Positions 1-10,807 of a stretch of 64,000 bases of DNA are shown piece by piece. The first letter of the stretch is position 1. Each line of letters opens with the position of its first letter. Both the position numbers and the translations under genes were made by a program. The DNA lies in assembly GCA_965199715.1 (NCBI GenBank), contig OZ241322.1, positions 1,888,001 to 1,952,000 on the forward strand, written 5' to 3'. Under the pieces are notes generated by a model, which saw only the letters and a program-made list of their open reading frames with translations, did not search any database and was not told the origin of the DNA. Source of the stretch: Vicinamibacteria bacterium. GTDB taxonomy: Bacteria > Acidobacteriota > Vicinamibacteria > Marinacidobacterales > Marinacidobacteraceae.

Positions 1-235
1 GCAGCCGCGTCCGCGTCTCCTCGTGCTCGGCGCCCGCCAGCTTGCCGGCGTCGCGCTCGAAGTCGAGTTCGGCGAGTCCCATGAGCAACTGGTCGCGCTT
101 CTCGGCGAGCCGCAGCCGCTCGCGCTCGGCCTCGGTCCGGGGCGCGGCGGTCGAGACGTCGGCGCTCGCGAACAGCGGCTGCAGCGCGAACGCCGTGGCC
201 GCGGCGGCGAGGACGCCGAGCAGTGCCGGAACCAA
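1..235 (-). CDS. CcmI-like/accessory cytochrome c biogenesis membrane protein (runs off window start)
   Basis: Manual translation from TTG at 235: MVPALLGVLAAAATAFALQPLF...LAEKRDQLLMGLAELDFERDAGKL. N-terminal TM helix plus an LxELxFxxxxGKL motif typical of CcmI-like N-termini; lies directly downstream of ccmH. Confidence 0.6.
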   Translation of the reverse strand, partial: MVPALLGVLAAAATAFALQPLFASADVSTAAPRTEAERERLRLAEKRDQLLMGLAELDFERDAGKLAGAEHEETRTRL

Positions 236-238
236 CCG

Positions 239-706
239 TCAGTCGCCCCGGATCTCGTCCACTTCGCGTTCGATCCGGGCGAGCATCTCCGGCGACGGGG
301 CCGGTCCGGCGGGAGCGGGCGTGGCCCGCCGCCAGCGCCCCAGAACCCGGATCGCCGCGAGTCCGCCGATCGCCAGCGCGACGAACGGGAGGATCCAGGC
401 GGCGAGATTGAATCCGCTGGCCGGCGGCGCGGCGAGGATGCGCAGGCCGTAGCGTTCGGTGAACGCGGCGAGGATCCCCTCGGGGGACTCGCCCCCCTGG
501 AGGCGCGCCGCGACCTCTTCGCGGATCGGCTCGGAGGACGGGCAGCGGTCCATGGCGCACTCGGAGACGCGGGCGTTGCAGCCGCCGCACTGGCAGACCA
601 TCGCGCCGGTCACCTCGCGGTAGGCGGCCGTGTTGTAGCGCTCCTGGGACGCGGCGAGCGCCGACGAGAACGCGATGACGGCGACGAGGGCGCGGAGCTT
701 GCTCAT
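239..706 (-). CDS. ccmH: Cytochrome c-type biogenesis protein CcmH-like
   Basis: True start ATG at 706 (C-terminal part of track ORF 239..2443). Signal peptide, Cys cluster VCQCGGC...EC...C, ERYGLRILAAPPASGFNLAAWILP motif; overlaps the ccmF stop. Confidence 0.8.
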   Translation of the reverse strand: MSKLRALVAVIAFSSALAASQERYNTAAYREVTGAMVCQCGGCNARVSECAMDRCPSSEPIREEVAARLQGGESPEGILAAFTERYGLRILAAPPASGFNLAAWILPFVALAIGGLAAIRVLGRWRRATPAPAGPAPSPEMLARIEREVDEIRGD

Positions 707-2703
707 GCGGCCTCCATGCCGGCCCCCGCCGGCGCGCGCAGCGTCCGGATCTCGCGGCGGTCCGGAAGCAGAGTGAGAAGCGTTCCGAGGAACATCACAA
801 GCGCCCCGAGCCAGACCCAGCGCACCAGCGGGTTGCGGTACACGTGGATCGTGGCCCGGCCGTCGCCGGTCATCCCCGAGAACACGAGGTACATGTCCTC
901 CCGGAAGGTCGCGTGCCGGCGCACTTCCGAAGTCGCCTGCCCGGTGGCCTTGTCGAGCTGGCGGCGCGGCTGGTACATCCCGACCGGCTCGCCGTGTTTC
1001 GAGAGGACGAGATTCGCGCCGAGCCAGTCGTACACCGGGGTCTCGCCGCCCGGAAGGTCGTTCAGGGCGACGGTCCAGGGGCCGACGGACGCGCTCTCGC
1101 CCGGATTCAGGTCGGCGATCACGTCCTCGTTGAAGGCGTTGCCGGCGAACCCGATGAACAGCAGCACGATCCCGAAGTGGACCACGTAGCCGCCGTAGCG
1201 GCGGTTGTTCCGCTGGACGAGGTCGGCGAGGGCGCCCGTGTAGCCGCCGCCCCGGTGGGCGCGCCGGGCGCGGACTCCCCGGTGGAACTCCATCGCGATC
1301 GTGACGGCGACGAAGGCCGAGAACGCGAAGCACAGCACCGCCTCGAGGTGGCGCATCCCGAGCAGCGGGAGCGCGACTCCGACGGCGAGCCCGGCCGCGG
1401 CGGGGGCCGCGAAGTTGCGCTTCAGGCTGTCCGCCGACGAGCGCCGCCACGCGAGCAGCGGCCCCACGCCGGTCATGAGCAGGAGCGCGATCCCGAGCGG
1501 GACGTTCACCCGGTTGAAGAAGGGAGCGCCGACGGTGATCTGCTCGCCCTGGATCGCTTCCGAGATCACCGGGAACATCGTGCCCCAGAACACCGCGAAG
1601 CAGGCGGCGAGCAGCAGCAGGTTGTTGAAGAGGAACCCGGATTCGCGGGAGACGACCGACTCCAGCTCGTTCTCGGTGCGCAGGTCCTTGACGCGGGTGA
1701 GCAGCAGCGCGGCCGAGCCGAGGGTCACGGCGACGAGGAAGCCGAGGAACAGCCACGCGAACTCGGAGGCGGCGAAGGCGTGGACCGAGGAGACGACGCC
1801 GCTGCGGGTCAGGAAGGTGCCGAAGACGCACAGCAGGTACGTCGCCATGAGCAGCCCGGCGTTCCAGATCTTGAGCATCCCCTTGCGCTCCTGGATCATC
1901 ACCGAGTGCAGGAACGCGGTTCCGGTGAGCCACGGCATGAGCGCCGCGTTCTCGACCGGGTCCCAGCCCCAGTAGCCGCCCCAGCCGAGCTCCACGTAGG
2001 CCCAGCGGCCGCCGAGCAGGATGCCGCTGCCGAGGAAGAACCACGCGACCAGCGTCCAGCGCCGCGTCGTCGTGATCCACGCGGCGTCGAGCCGGCGGGT
2101 CCACAGCGCCGCGATGAGGAAGGCGAAGGGGATGACGAACCCGACGTACCCGACGTAGAGGATCGGCGGGTGGATCGCCATGATCGGGTGCTGGAGCAGC
2201 GGGTTCAGGCCGTTGCCGTCGGCGGGCAGGAAGGGGATCGGGCCCGACGCGGTGATCTCGGCGAGCTGGCCGAACGGGTTGCTGACCCAGTAGTTCATCC
2301 CGGCGAAGAACAGGATCAGGACCGAAAGCGTGGCGATCACCTGCGGCAGCAGCACGTCGCGGCGCCGGCGGACCACGCAGGCGGCCGCGAGCGCCAGCAT
2401 CAGGAACGTCCACAGCAGGAGCGAGCCGTCGTTGCCCGCCCACAGCGCCGAGATCTTGTAGGGAATCGGCAGCGCCGCCGCCGAGTAGCTCGCGACGTAG
2501 CGGAAGCGGAAGTCGTCGGCGACGAACAGCGCGAGCAGCGAGACGATGGACAGCGCCGAGAACCCAGCGGCGCCGAGGATCCCCCGGCGGGCGCTCTCCA
2601 GCACCGCGGCGGATTGCCGCCGCGCGGCGAACAGCGCGGCGACGCCCGCGTAGGCGGTGAGAACCAGAACCGCGATCAGCGAGAAGTTGCCGAGGTGATG
2701 CAT
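703..2703 (-). CDS. ccmF: Cytochrome c heme lyase CcmF
   Basis: WAYVELGWGGYWGWDPVENAALMPW (WWD domain), GLNPLLQHP, HPP, TRSGVVSSVHAF; many TM helices. Confidence 0.97.
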   Translation of the reverse strand: MHHLGNFSLIAVLVLTAYAGVAALFAARRQSAAVLESARRGILGAAGFSALSIVSLLALFVADDFRFRYVASYSAAALPIPYKISALWAGNDGSLLLWTFLMLALAAACVVRRRRDVLLPQVIATLSVLILFFAGMNYWVSNPFGQLAEITASGPIPFLPADGNGLNPLLQHPIMAIHPPILYVGYVGFVIPFAFLIAALWTRRLDAAWITTTRRWTLVAWFFLGSGILLGGRWAYVELGWGGYWGWDPVENAALMPWLTGTAFLHSVMIQERKGMLKIWNAGLLMATYLLCVFGTFLTRSGVVSSVHAFAASEFAWLFLGFLVAVTLGSAALLLTRVKDLRTENELESVVSRESGFLFNNLLLLAACFAVFWGTMFPVISEAIQGEQITVGAPFFNRVNVPLGIALLLMTGVGPLLAWRRSSADSLKRNFAAPAAAGLAVGVALPLLGMRHLEAVLCFAFSAFVAVTIAMEFHRGVRARRAHRGGGYTGALADLVQRNNRRYGGYVVHFGIVLLFIGFAGNAFNEDVIADLNPGESASVGPWTVALNDLPGGETPVYDWLGANLVLSKHGEPVGMYQPRRQLDKATGQATSEVRRHATFREDMYLVFSGMTGDGRATIHVYRNPLVRWVWLGALVMFLGTLLTLLPDRREIRTLRAPAGAGMEAA

Positions 2704-2751
2704 CGTCAGGAACCGGAACGCCGTCCGCTCATGGGGGCGACGGCGGCGCGG

Positions 2752-3186
2752 TCAGGGCGCGGCGGGCGTCGCGTCCGCGGTCGTGGTCTCCGCGTAGGCG
2801 GCTTCGTACTTGGAGGCGCACTTGGCCTGCACGTGCGAGGCCTCGAACGAACCGTCGGGGAGCAGGCTTCCCTCGGCGACGGCCTGGGCCCGATCCACCA
2901 GCGTGTCCGGCAGCGGCTCGCGCCCGGTGTAGAGCACGTCGAGGCGCGACCCCTCGTGCTCGATCTGGAACCGGACCCGGCCCTCGTTCACCGGCTCGAT
3001 CGTGCCGGGAACCACGTCGCCGGCGACCCGCAGTCGCGCTCCCTCGGCGCGCGGACCCATGGCCGCAAGCTCGCCGACGGTGCGGTAGTAGGCCTTTCCT
3101 TCCTCGAAACCGGTCAGGAGCAGCCCGGCGACCGCGACCAGAAACAGCCCGCCGCCCACGAAGAATTTCCCCTTGCGCGCCACCAT
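2752..3186 (-). CDS. ccmE: Heme chaperone CcmE (CxxxY variant)
   Basis: N-terminal TM, YY motif, RVAGDVVPGT, LPDTL, C-terminal AKCASKY; upstream of ccmF. Confidence 0.92.
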   Translation of the reverse strand: MVARKGKFFVGGGLFLVAVAGLLLTGFEEGKAYYRTVGELAAMGPRAEGARLRVAGDVVPGTIEPVNEGRVRFQIEHEGSRLDVLYTGREPLPDTLVDRAQAVAEGSLLPDGSFEASHVQAKCASKYEAAYAETTTADATPAAP

Positions 3187-3263
3187 TTCGGCTTGAGTTT
3201 ACCACCGGGGGCGGCTCCTCGGAGCCGCCGTAGAATCGGCGGACCCACCGTAGGGAGGTCGTC

Positions 3264-4457
3264 ATGCAGCCCACCCGCCGCGAGTTCATCGGCGCCGTCT
3301 CCGCCGCCGGCCTGGCGGCTTCGACCGCCTCCGCCGCCGACCCGCTCGGCGTCCGGGGCGACTTTCCCGCCGTCGAGGAGGGGATCTGGCTGAACTGCGC
3401 CTACATCGCGCCGTCGCCGACGCCCGTCGTGGAGGCGGGCCGCGCCTTCCTCGACGCGAAGTCCCGGAATCCGTTCAGTCTGGGGCGGATGGTCGAGGAA
3501 GCGGATGCGGCGCGGCGGAAGTTCGCCCGGCTGATCGGCGCCTCCGAGGCCGAGATCGCGCTCCTGTTCTCGACGAGCGACGGCGAGAACATCGTGGCGC
3601 GGTCGCTCGACCTCCGCCCCGGCGACAACGTGGTCGTGGACGATCTCCACTACCAGACCACCTACGTCCTCCACCGGCGCCTCGCCGAGACCCTCGGGAT
3701 CGAGGTCCGGGTCGTGCGTTCGCTGGACGGCGGGGTTCCGGCGGATGCGTTCGCCGACCGCATCGACGACCGGACGAAGCTCGTGTCCGTGGCTTGGGTC
3801 TCGAACCAGAACGGGTTCCGCCACGACCTCCGCGCGCTTGCGGACGTGGCCCACGACCGGGGCTCGCTGCTCTACGCCGACGCGGTCCAGGGCGTCGGGG
3901 CCGTGGATATCGACGTCAAGGAAGCGGGCGTGGATTTCCTGGCCACCGGCACCTACAAGTGGGTGCTCGCGGGCCTCGGCGTGGCTGCGTTCTATGTCCG
4001 CGAGGATCTGCTGGACCGGATCGAGCCGGACCGCTTCGGCCACCTCCACGTCGCGGAAACGCACGACGACTACCGCTACACGCTGCACGACGACGCACGG
4101 AAATTCGGGTACGCGACGCTGGCGTTCGAGTCGGTGTTCCAGTTCAGCGCGGCTCTCGACTACCTGCTGCGCGTCGGCGTGAAGCGCATCGAGAACCACT
4201 CGGTCGGGCTCGCGCATCGGCTGCACGACGGGCTGACCGGTCAGGGCCACGACGTCTGGACGCCGGCCGGCAATCGGTCGCCGATCGTCGCCTTCCGGCA
4301 TCGCCGCGACGCGGACATGGTCCGCCGCTCCCTCGACGAGGCCGGAATCACGGTCAGCTTCCGGGAGAACGAGTCGCAGCTTCGGGTCTCGCCGTCGCTG
4401 TTCAACACCGCCGCGGAGGTTGATCGGTTCCTTGAAGTGACCGGCGCCTGGGCCTAG
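3264..4457 (+). CDS. Class V PLP-dependent aminotransferase / cysteine desulfurase-like, with Tat signal
   Basis: TRREFIGAVSAAGLAASTASA twin-arginine leader; ADAVQGVG, GTYKW (PLP lysine), LRVSPSLFNT; GGGAGG RBS. Confidence 0.85.
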   Translation: MQPTRREFIGAVSAAGLAASTASAADPLGVRGDFPAVEEGIWLNCAYIAPSPTPVVEAGRAFLDAKSRNPFSLGRMVEEADAARRKFARLIGASEAEIALLFSTSDGENIVARSLDLRPGDNVVVDDLHYQTTYVLHRRLAETLGIEVRVVRSLDGGVPADAFADRIDDRTKLVSVAWVSNQNGFRHDLRALADVAHDRGSLLYADAVQGVGAVDIDVKEAGVDFLATGTYKWVLAGLGVAAFYVREDLLDRIEPDRFGHLHVAETHDDYRYTLHDDARKFGYATLAFESVFQFSAALDYLLRVGVKRIENHSVGLAHRLHDGLTGQGHDVWTPAGNRSPIVAFRHRRDADMVRRSLDEAGITVSFRENESQLRVSPSLFNTAAEVDRFLEVTGAWA

Positions 4458-4654
4458 CATCGCCGCCCGTGGGGGTCGGGGTGCGCCGGGAGTACCGGAC
4501 GACGCACGCCGAGGTTCTTGGGTTGAGAGAGGCCAGGATCCCTTGCGAAGTCGGAGATGTCCGCTCTCGAGAAATCCACCTGGCTCTTTCCCGGCTTGCG
4601 GCGGGCCTTGAAGATCGCCTCCAGAATGGCGGCGTAAGCGTTGGATTTGGTCAT
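4454..4654 (-). pseudogene. Truncated putative type II restriction endonuclease (N-terminal ~49 aa only)
   Basis: MTKSNAYAAILEAIFKARRKPGKSQVDFSRADI...PKNLG resembles the N-terminus of an endonuclease family found next to N4-C methyltransferases (recalled, not searched); the similarity ends after PKNLG. Confidence 0.55.
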
Positions 4655-4668
4655 GCGACAACCCCTCG

Positions 4669-5988
4669 TCAGCCGGGCCACTGAAGTCGGACGACCTCTT
4701 CCCGAAGGTATTCGCGACTGGCGGTTGCGTATCGGGAACGGAACAGGTCCATGGCGGTAAGCCTGTAGCCCAAGGATTGCGCCAGTTCGCCGAGAATGCT
4801 TCCCGTTCGAATCATGACCCTCAGGTACGAGGCTTGGTCGCCGACAATGTACGCCAGTCTGGCGCCGGGACGCAGTCTGCTCCGGAGGCTCGCCAGGCGC
4901 CGAACCATGCCGCCGAAGTAGAGCCGGGTGACGCGAGCGTATTGACGCTCGAAGCCGGATGTCTTCCCCAGCTCCAGGCGCCGCTTCTCGATGGAATGGG
5001 CGATGCGCTGGATGCCCTCATGGTTCTCGACGAGCGCGTCGTCCGCGTCGCTTACGTACACGCCGCGTGTATTCGAGCGAACCAGCCCTTGTTTCAGGCG
5101 CCGCAATTCCTGCCGGTCCTGGACAAAGCCGAGCAGCACGTTCTCAAGGCGCGTCGTTCGCGTGTAGTCCTTTTCGTTGGGGTAGGGAGGGGACGTAATT
5201 CACCGCATCCACCGGCTCCGCCTCCAGCGGAAGTTCGAGGCCGCGCGAGTCCGCGAGGTGCACCGAGGCGGCTGGCCGGGGCCAATTTCGCGCCGCGCGC
5301 AGATCGCTCGCCATCGTCTGGACTCGCCGGAGCCAGTCACTCACCACCGGCGCGTCCGATTGAATGCGGCGCACTCCGACTTCCGGCCCGAAGCGCAGAT
5401 TGCTGATCCCCGACACGAGGGCGGCTGCGAGCGCCAACCGCTCGTGCGAGTGCGCCGCGTGGCTCCGATGTCGCTCCAGGGCGTCGAGGAGAACCAGGGT
5501 CTTGTGCAGCGGCACGGGGCTGATCGAGTTCTTCAGCAGCAGGCGCTGTCGATCAGGAGACAGGGCCCGGAGCTCCGGAGTCGCCGAGTCTCGCTGGTCG
5601 AACAGGGGCCCGAAGCGGAAATCGTCGATCCCCTGCCGCTCCAGTTCATCCTGGGCTTCCGCAGCGATCGCGCTGGCGTGTTCAACCAGGGCCTCCGGAT
5701 TCAGGCTCCAGTCGAGTTTCGTTCTGCTGGCGAACCACGCGATGGGGTTGCGCTCGATCCCCACGCTCGGAATCCCGAGCTTGCGGCACTCCACGAGAGT
5801 GGTTCCGGTGCCGCAGAACGGGTCCTGGACCCGCTGATTCGGTTGGACTTCCAGAATCTCGAGATAGTCCCGGACCAGATGGAAGGAAAGGAAAGGACCA
5901 ACCGATACCAGTCGCGGACCGGACGATCTTCCGGCCGCAGGCGATTCCTTTGGGAAGAGCGGCGGGACTCCGCTTGGGCGATCGTCAT
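4669..5988 (-). pseudogene. Amino-DNA (probably N4-cytosine, alpha-class) methyltransferase with two frameshifts
   Basis: Joining three frames gives DWYRLVLSFP/HLVRDYLE..DPFCGTGTTLVEC (motif I)...DAV/ITSPPYPNEKDY (motif IV SPPY)...YIVGDQASY. 1-nt deletion near 5883, 1-nt insertion near 5199. Confidence 0.85.
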
Positions 5989-5996
5989 GGCGACCC

Positions 5997-7154
5997 CTAG
6001 ATGACGTTCCCCTCGGGGATCGCCGAGCCGCCGTGGAACCGGGCCAGCGAGAACGCCTCGATGTCCAGCGTCCGCGAAGCGCCGTCCACGATGACCTCCG
6101 AGATCGCCTTGCCCACCGCCGGAGCGTGCTGCATGCCGTGGCCGGAGAATCCGTTCGCCAGCACGAAGCGCGGCAGCTCGGGGGTCGGCCCGAGGATCGC
6201 GTTGTCGTCCGGCGAAATCTCGTAGAGCCCGGCCTGCGGGGCCTTCATGGAGGCCTTTTCGAGCGGCGGGAGCCGTCGCGCCGCGTCCTCCCACACGCCG
6301 GCGAGAAAATCGAGATCCGGCGTTTGCGAGAAACTTGGCGGCTCGTCCGGGTCCGAGCGGCCGATCAGCATGCCCCCGCTGTGGAGGTGCATGTACACGC
6401 CCGTACCCCAGTCGATCGTGAGCGGCATCCGCTCGGCGGTCCACCCGAGCGGCTTGGTCGTGAAGAACTGGCGCCGCGCCGGCGACACCGGGACGTTCAC
6501 GTCGAGGAGCGCGCCGACCTGGCCGGCCCACGGCCCCGCCGCGTTCACGAGCCACGCGCACTCCCAGCGCTCGCCGCCGGCCGTGAGCGCGAATCCGCCG
6601 CTCGGGAGGGGCTCCGCCGCGGTCACTTCGCACCCGCGCCGAAGCTGTGCGCCGCCGCCCCGCGCGAGCGCCGCGTACCCGGCCACGAGCGCGGCGGGCG
6701 TGGCCACCCCGTCCTCGGGGCAATACGTCGCCCCCGCCAGATCGTCGGTGCGGACCCCGGGGGCGAGCCGCCGCGCCTCCTCGGGCGAGATCACCTCCAC
6801 CGGCGCTCCGAGCGCCCGCTGGCGCTCGGCCGTCTCCGAAAACCGCCGGAGGTCCGCTTCCGAGTCCAGCAGGAACAGATAGCCGTCCTGCGCGAAATCG
6901 GCGTCCACTCCGGTGCGCTCGCGGAAGTTCCGGATCTCCTCGATCGAGTAGCGGGACAGCGCGACGTTGGCGGCGGTGGTGAACTGGAGCCGCACGCCGC
7001 CCGCCGCCTTCGCGGTGGTGCCGGTCCCGAGCGCTTCCTCCCGCTCGAAGACGACGATCCGGCCCGGCCTCCGCTCGGCGAGGTGCGCGGCGATCGAGGC
7101 GCCGATCACGCCCCCGCCCACGATCGCGATCTCGGCCGTGCGTCGGGGACTCAT
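5997..7154 (-). CDS. FAD-dependent oxidoreductase (DAO / sarcosine oxidase beta family)
   Basis: IAIVGGGVIG Rossmann motif, GTTAKAAGGVRLQF, VNAAGPWA, ANGFSGHGMQHAPAVG. Confidence 0.9.
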   Translation of the reverse strand: MSPRRTAEIAIVGGGVIGASIAAHLAERRPGRIVVFEREEALGTGTTAKAAGGVRLQFTTAANVALSRYSIEEIRNFRERTGVDADFAQDGYLFLLDSEADLRRFSETAERQRALGAPVEVISPEEARRLAPGVRTDDLAGATYCPEDGVATPAALVAGYAALARGGGAQLRRGCEVTAAEPLPSGGFALTAGGERWECAWLVNAAGPWAGQVGALLDVNVPVSPARRQFFTTKPLGWTAERMPLTIDWGTGVYMHLHSGGMLIGRSDPDEPPSFSQTPDLDFLAGVWEDAARRLPPLEKASMKAPQAGLYEISPDDNAILGPTPELPRFVLANGFSGHGMQHAPAVGKAISEVIVDGASRTLDIEAFSLARFHGGSAIPEGNVI

Positions 7155-7164
7155 GGAGGGGCGG

Positions 7165-7170
7165 TAAAAT
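7165..7170 (+). promoter_or_regulatory. -10 box (TAAAAT) of probable leaderless gltA transcript
   Basis: TAAAAT lies 7 nt before the TTG start at 7178, in a 23-bp divergent intergenic gap with no SD. Confidence 0.5.
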
Positions 7171-7177
7171 TATCCGC

Positions 7178-8488
<1,311 letters not shown>

Positions 8489-9643
8489 GACAGGCGGTCC
8501 ATCCGCCTCGAGGGGAGAATCCAGCCGTCCGCGCGGCGCCGCTCCTCGTCGCCGCCGTACACCGCCGCCACCTCCACCGGGAAGGCGTCGAGGTGGCCGG
8601 CTACCCGGCGGGCGCCCGACAGCCTCCCGGACGAGAGCGCGCCGGCCGACTTGCATTCGACGAACGTCAGTCGATCCGGTCGCTGGATCACGAGGTCCAC
8701 TTCGGCGCCGTTGCAGTCCCGATAGAACGAGAGCAGGCGGTCCTCCTCGACGAGCTTCCGCGCCTCGGAAAGGACCCACGTCTCGAACGGCGCGCCCCGC
8801 AGCGGGTGGCTGCGAAGGTGGGCCGGCTCACGGATCCCGAGCAGGCGAGTCCGGCGTCGTGGAACGCCAGTTTCGGGGCCTTCCCCGGCCGCTTGCGGAC
8901 GTTCGCGTGGAAGGGGCGAAGCCGGAACACGACGTAACCGGCCTCCAGCACCGACAGCCACGTCCTCGCCGTGGGTTGGGAGATCCCGTAGGCCCTGGCG
9001 AGCGACGCCAGATTCAGCAACTGCGCGGTCCGTCCGGCGCACGACTCGAGGAAGCGCCGGAACGTCTCGAGATCGCCGACGTTGAGCGCCTGGCGCACGT
9101 CCCGCTCAATGTACGTGCGCACGTAGCTGCCGAGCCAGCGCGACGGTTGCCGGCCTCTGTCGAAGACGCGGGGGAAACCGCCGGCGAGCAACGCCTCGTC
9201 GAGAGTGGCCGGCGGCTTCTCGAAACGCTGGATCTCGGCCCAGTTCAGCGGCAGGAGTTCCAGAAGCTCGGTCCGGCCGGCGAGCGACCGGTCGCCCGGA
9301 TCCCGGACGGAACCAGTCAGGATCCAGCGTCCGCGCGCCGGGTTCTCGTCCACGATCCCCTGGAGGTGCGAGAGCAGGTCCGGCGCGCGCTCGATCTCGT
9401 CGAGGACTGCGTCGTGCGGGAACTGCGCGAGGAATCGGCGCGGGTCCTCGACCGCGAGGGAGCGCGTGTCGAGCTCCTCGAGCGAGGCGAAGGGCCGGTC
9501 GCCGAAGACATGGCGGCAGAGGGTCGTCTTGCCGCTCTGCCGGGGACCGGTGAGCGTGACGACCGGCGCCAGGCTGGCCGCGACCCTGACTGCCGGCGCG
9601 AGATCCCGGCCAATCCAAGATCGAATCTTGAATCAGCTTGAGT

Positions 9644-10771
9644 TCAGGCGGCGACCAGCGTCTCCGCGGCGACCTCCCGCAGGGTCTCGCTGATGAGGCC
9701 GAGGCTCGTCTCGAGCACGTGCGGCTCGGCGCCGTAGCCGATCCGGAGGAAGCCGTCCATCTCGAAATGGCTGGCGGGGACGACCAGCAGGTCCTTCTCC
9801 AGGCGCAGCCGCTCGCCGAACTCCTCCGCCGGGATCGGATGTTCGTAGCGCACCGCGGCGATCGCGCCGGCCTCGGGGCGCGTCCAGCGGAGCCCGACCG
9901 GATGGTTCGCGTGGGACGCGATCCAGCTCTCGACCAGCGGAAGCTGGCGGCGCATGATCCCGCGGGTGCGCTCGAGGATCTCGGGCCGGCGGTCCAGCGC
10001 GATCCGCGCGAGCCGGTCCGAGAGCGCGCTGATGGCCAGCGTGTTGTAGTCGCGGTGGCCCCAGAGCTCGTTCGCCCGATCCTCGGTCGTCACGATCCAG
10101 CCGACCCGGAGCCCGGGCAGCCCGAACGCCTTGGAGAGGCCGGCGTTCAGGAAGATGCGATCCACCCGGCCCCAGAACGTCGGGCACTCGACGCCGTTCA
10201 GTTCCGCGCCGCGATAGACCTCGTCGGCGAGCAGCCAGGCGTCCGAGCGGTTCGCGACGTCCGCGATCCGGTCCATCTCCCGCTCCGTGAGCACGCGGCC
10301 GGTCGGGTTGTTGGGGTTGCAGACGCAGATCAGCTTGGTGCGCTCGGTGACCGCGGCCTCGAGCGCGTCGAGGTCGGGCCGCCAGCCCTCCGCTTCGACC
10401 AGCGGGAAGGGGATCACCCGGGCGCCGAGCGACCGGCAGGCGCCGATGATCTGCATGTAGTTCGGGACCATCGCCACGACCTCGTCGCCCGGGTTGAGGG
10501 AGACGAGCGCGGTCAGGAAGTTGGCCTCGGCGGTTCCGTTGGTGATGAGCACCTGGTCCCGGTTCGCGCCCGGGTGGAGCGCGGCGACCCGCTCCCGCAG
10601 CGGAATCGTGCCGTTGCTCTGCGGATAGCCGAGCAGCGTGTCCCCGAGATCGCGGTCGCCGACGAGCTCGGCGAGCGTCATCGGGTGGACTCCGCTTTCC
10701 GAAATGTTCCAGCGCACGGTGTTTTCCCACCGGCACAGGCTGCGCTCCATGACGAACGGCACGAACTTCAT
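9644..10771 (-). CDS. Class I/II PLP-dependent aminotransferase
   Basis: Start ATG at 10771 (MKFVPFVMERSLCRWEN...). CNPNNPTG, ADEVYRG, GLSKAFGLPGLRVGW. Confidence 0.92.
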   Translation of the reverse strand: MKFVPFVMERSLCRWENTVRWNISESGVHPMTLAELVGDRDLGDTLLGYPQSNGTIPLRERVAALHPGANRDQVLITNGTAEANFLTALVSLNPGDEVVAMVPNYMQIIGACRSLGARVIPFPLVEAEGWRPDLDALEAAVTERTKLICVCNPNNPTGRVLTEREMDRIADVANRSDAWLLADEVYRGAELNGVECPTFWGRVDRIFLNAGLSKAFGLPGLRVGWIVTTEDRANELWGHRDYNTLAISALSDRLARIALDRRPEILERTRGIMRRQLPLVESWIASHANHPVGLRWTRPEAGAIAAVRYEHPIPAEEFGERLRLEKDLLVVPASHFEMDGFLRIGYGAEPHVLETSLGLISETLREVAAETLVAA

Positions 10772-10794
10772 GGGCGGGAATCGTAGTCGGCCGA

Positions 10795-10800
10795 TACCAT
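10795..10800 (+). promoter_or_regulatory. -10 box (TACCAT) of probable leaderless ispG transcript
   Basis: 7 nt before ATG 10808. A divergent TACGAT (10785-10780, minus strand) lies 8 nt before the aminotransferase ATG. Confidence 0.5.
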
Positions 10801-10807
10801 TGGCGGC

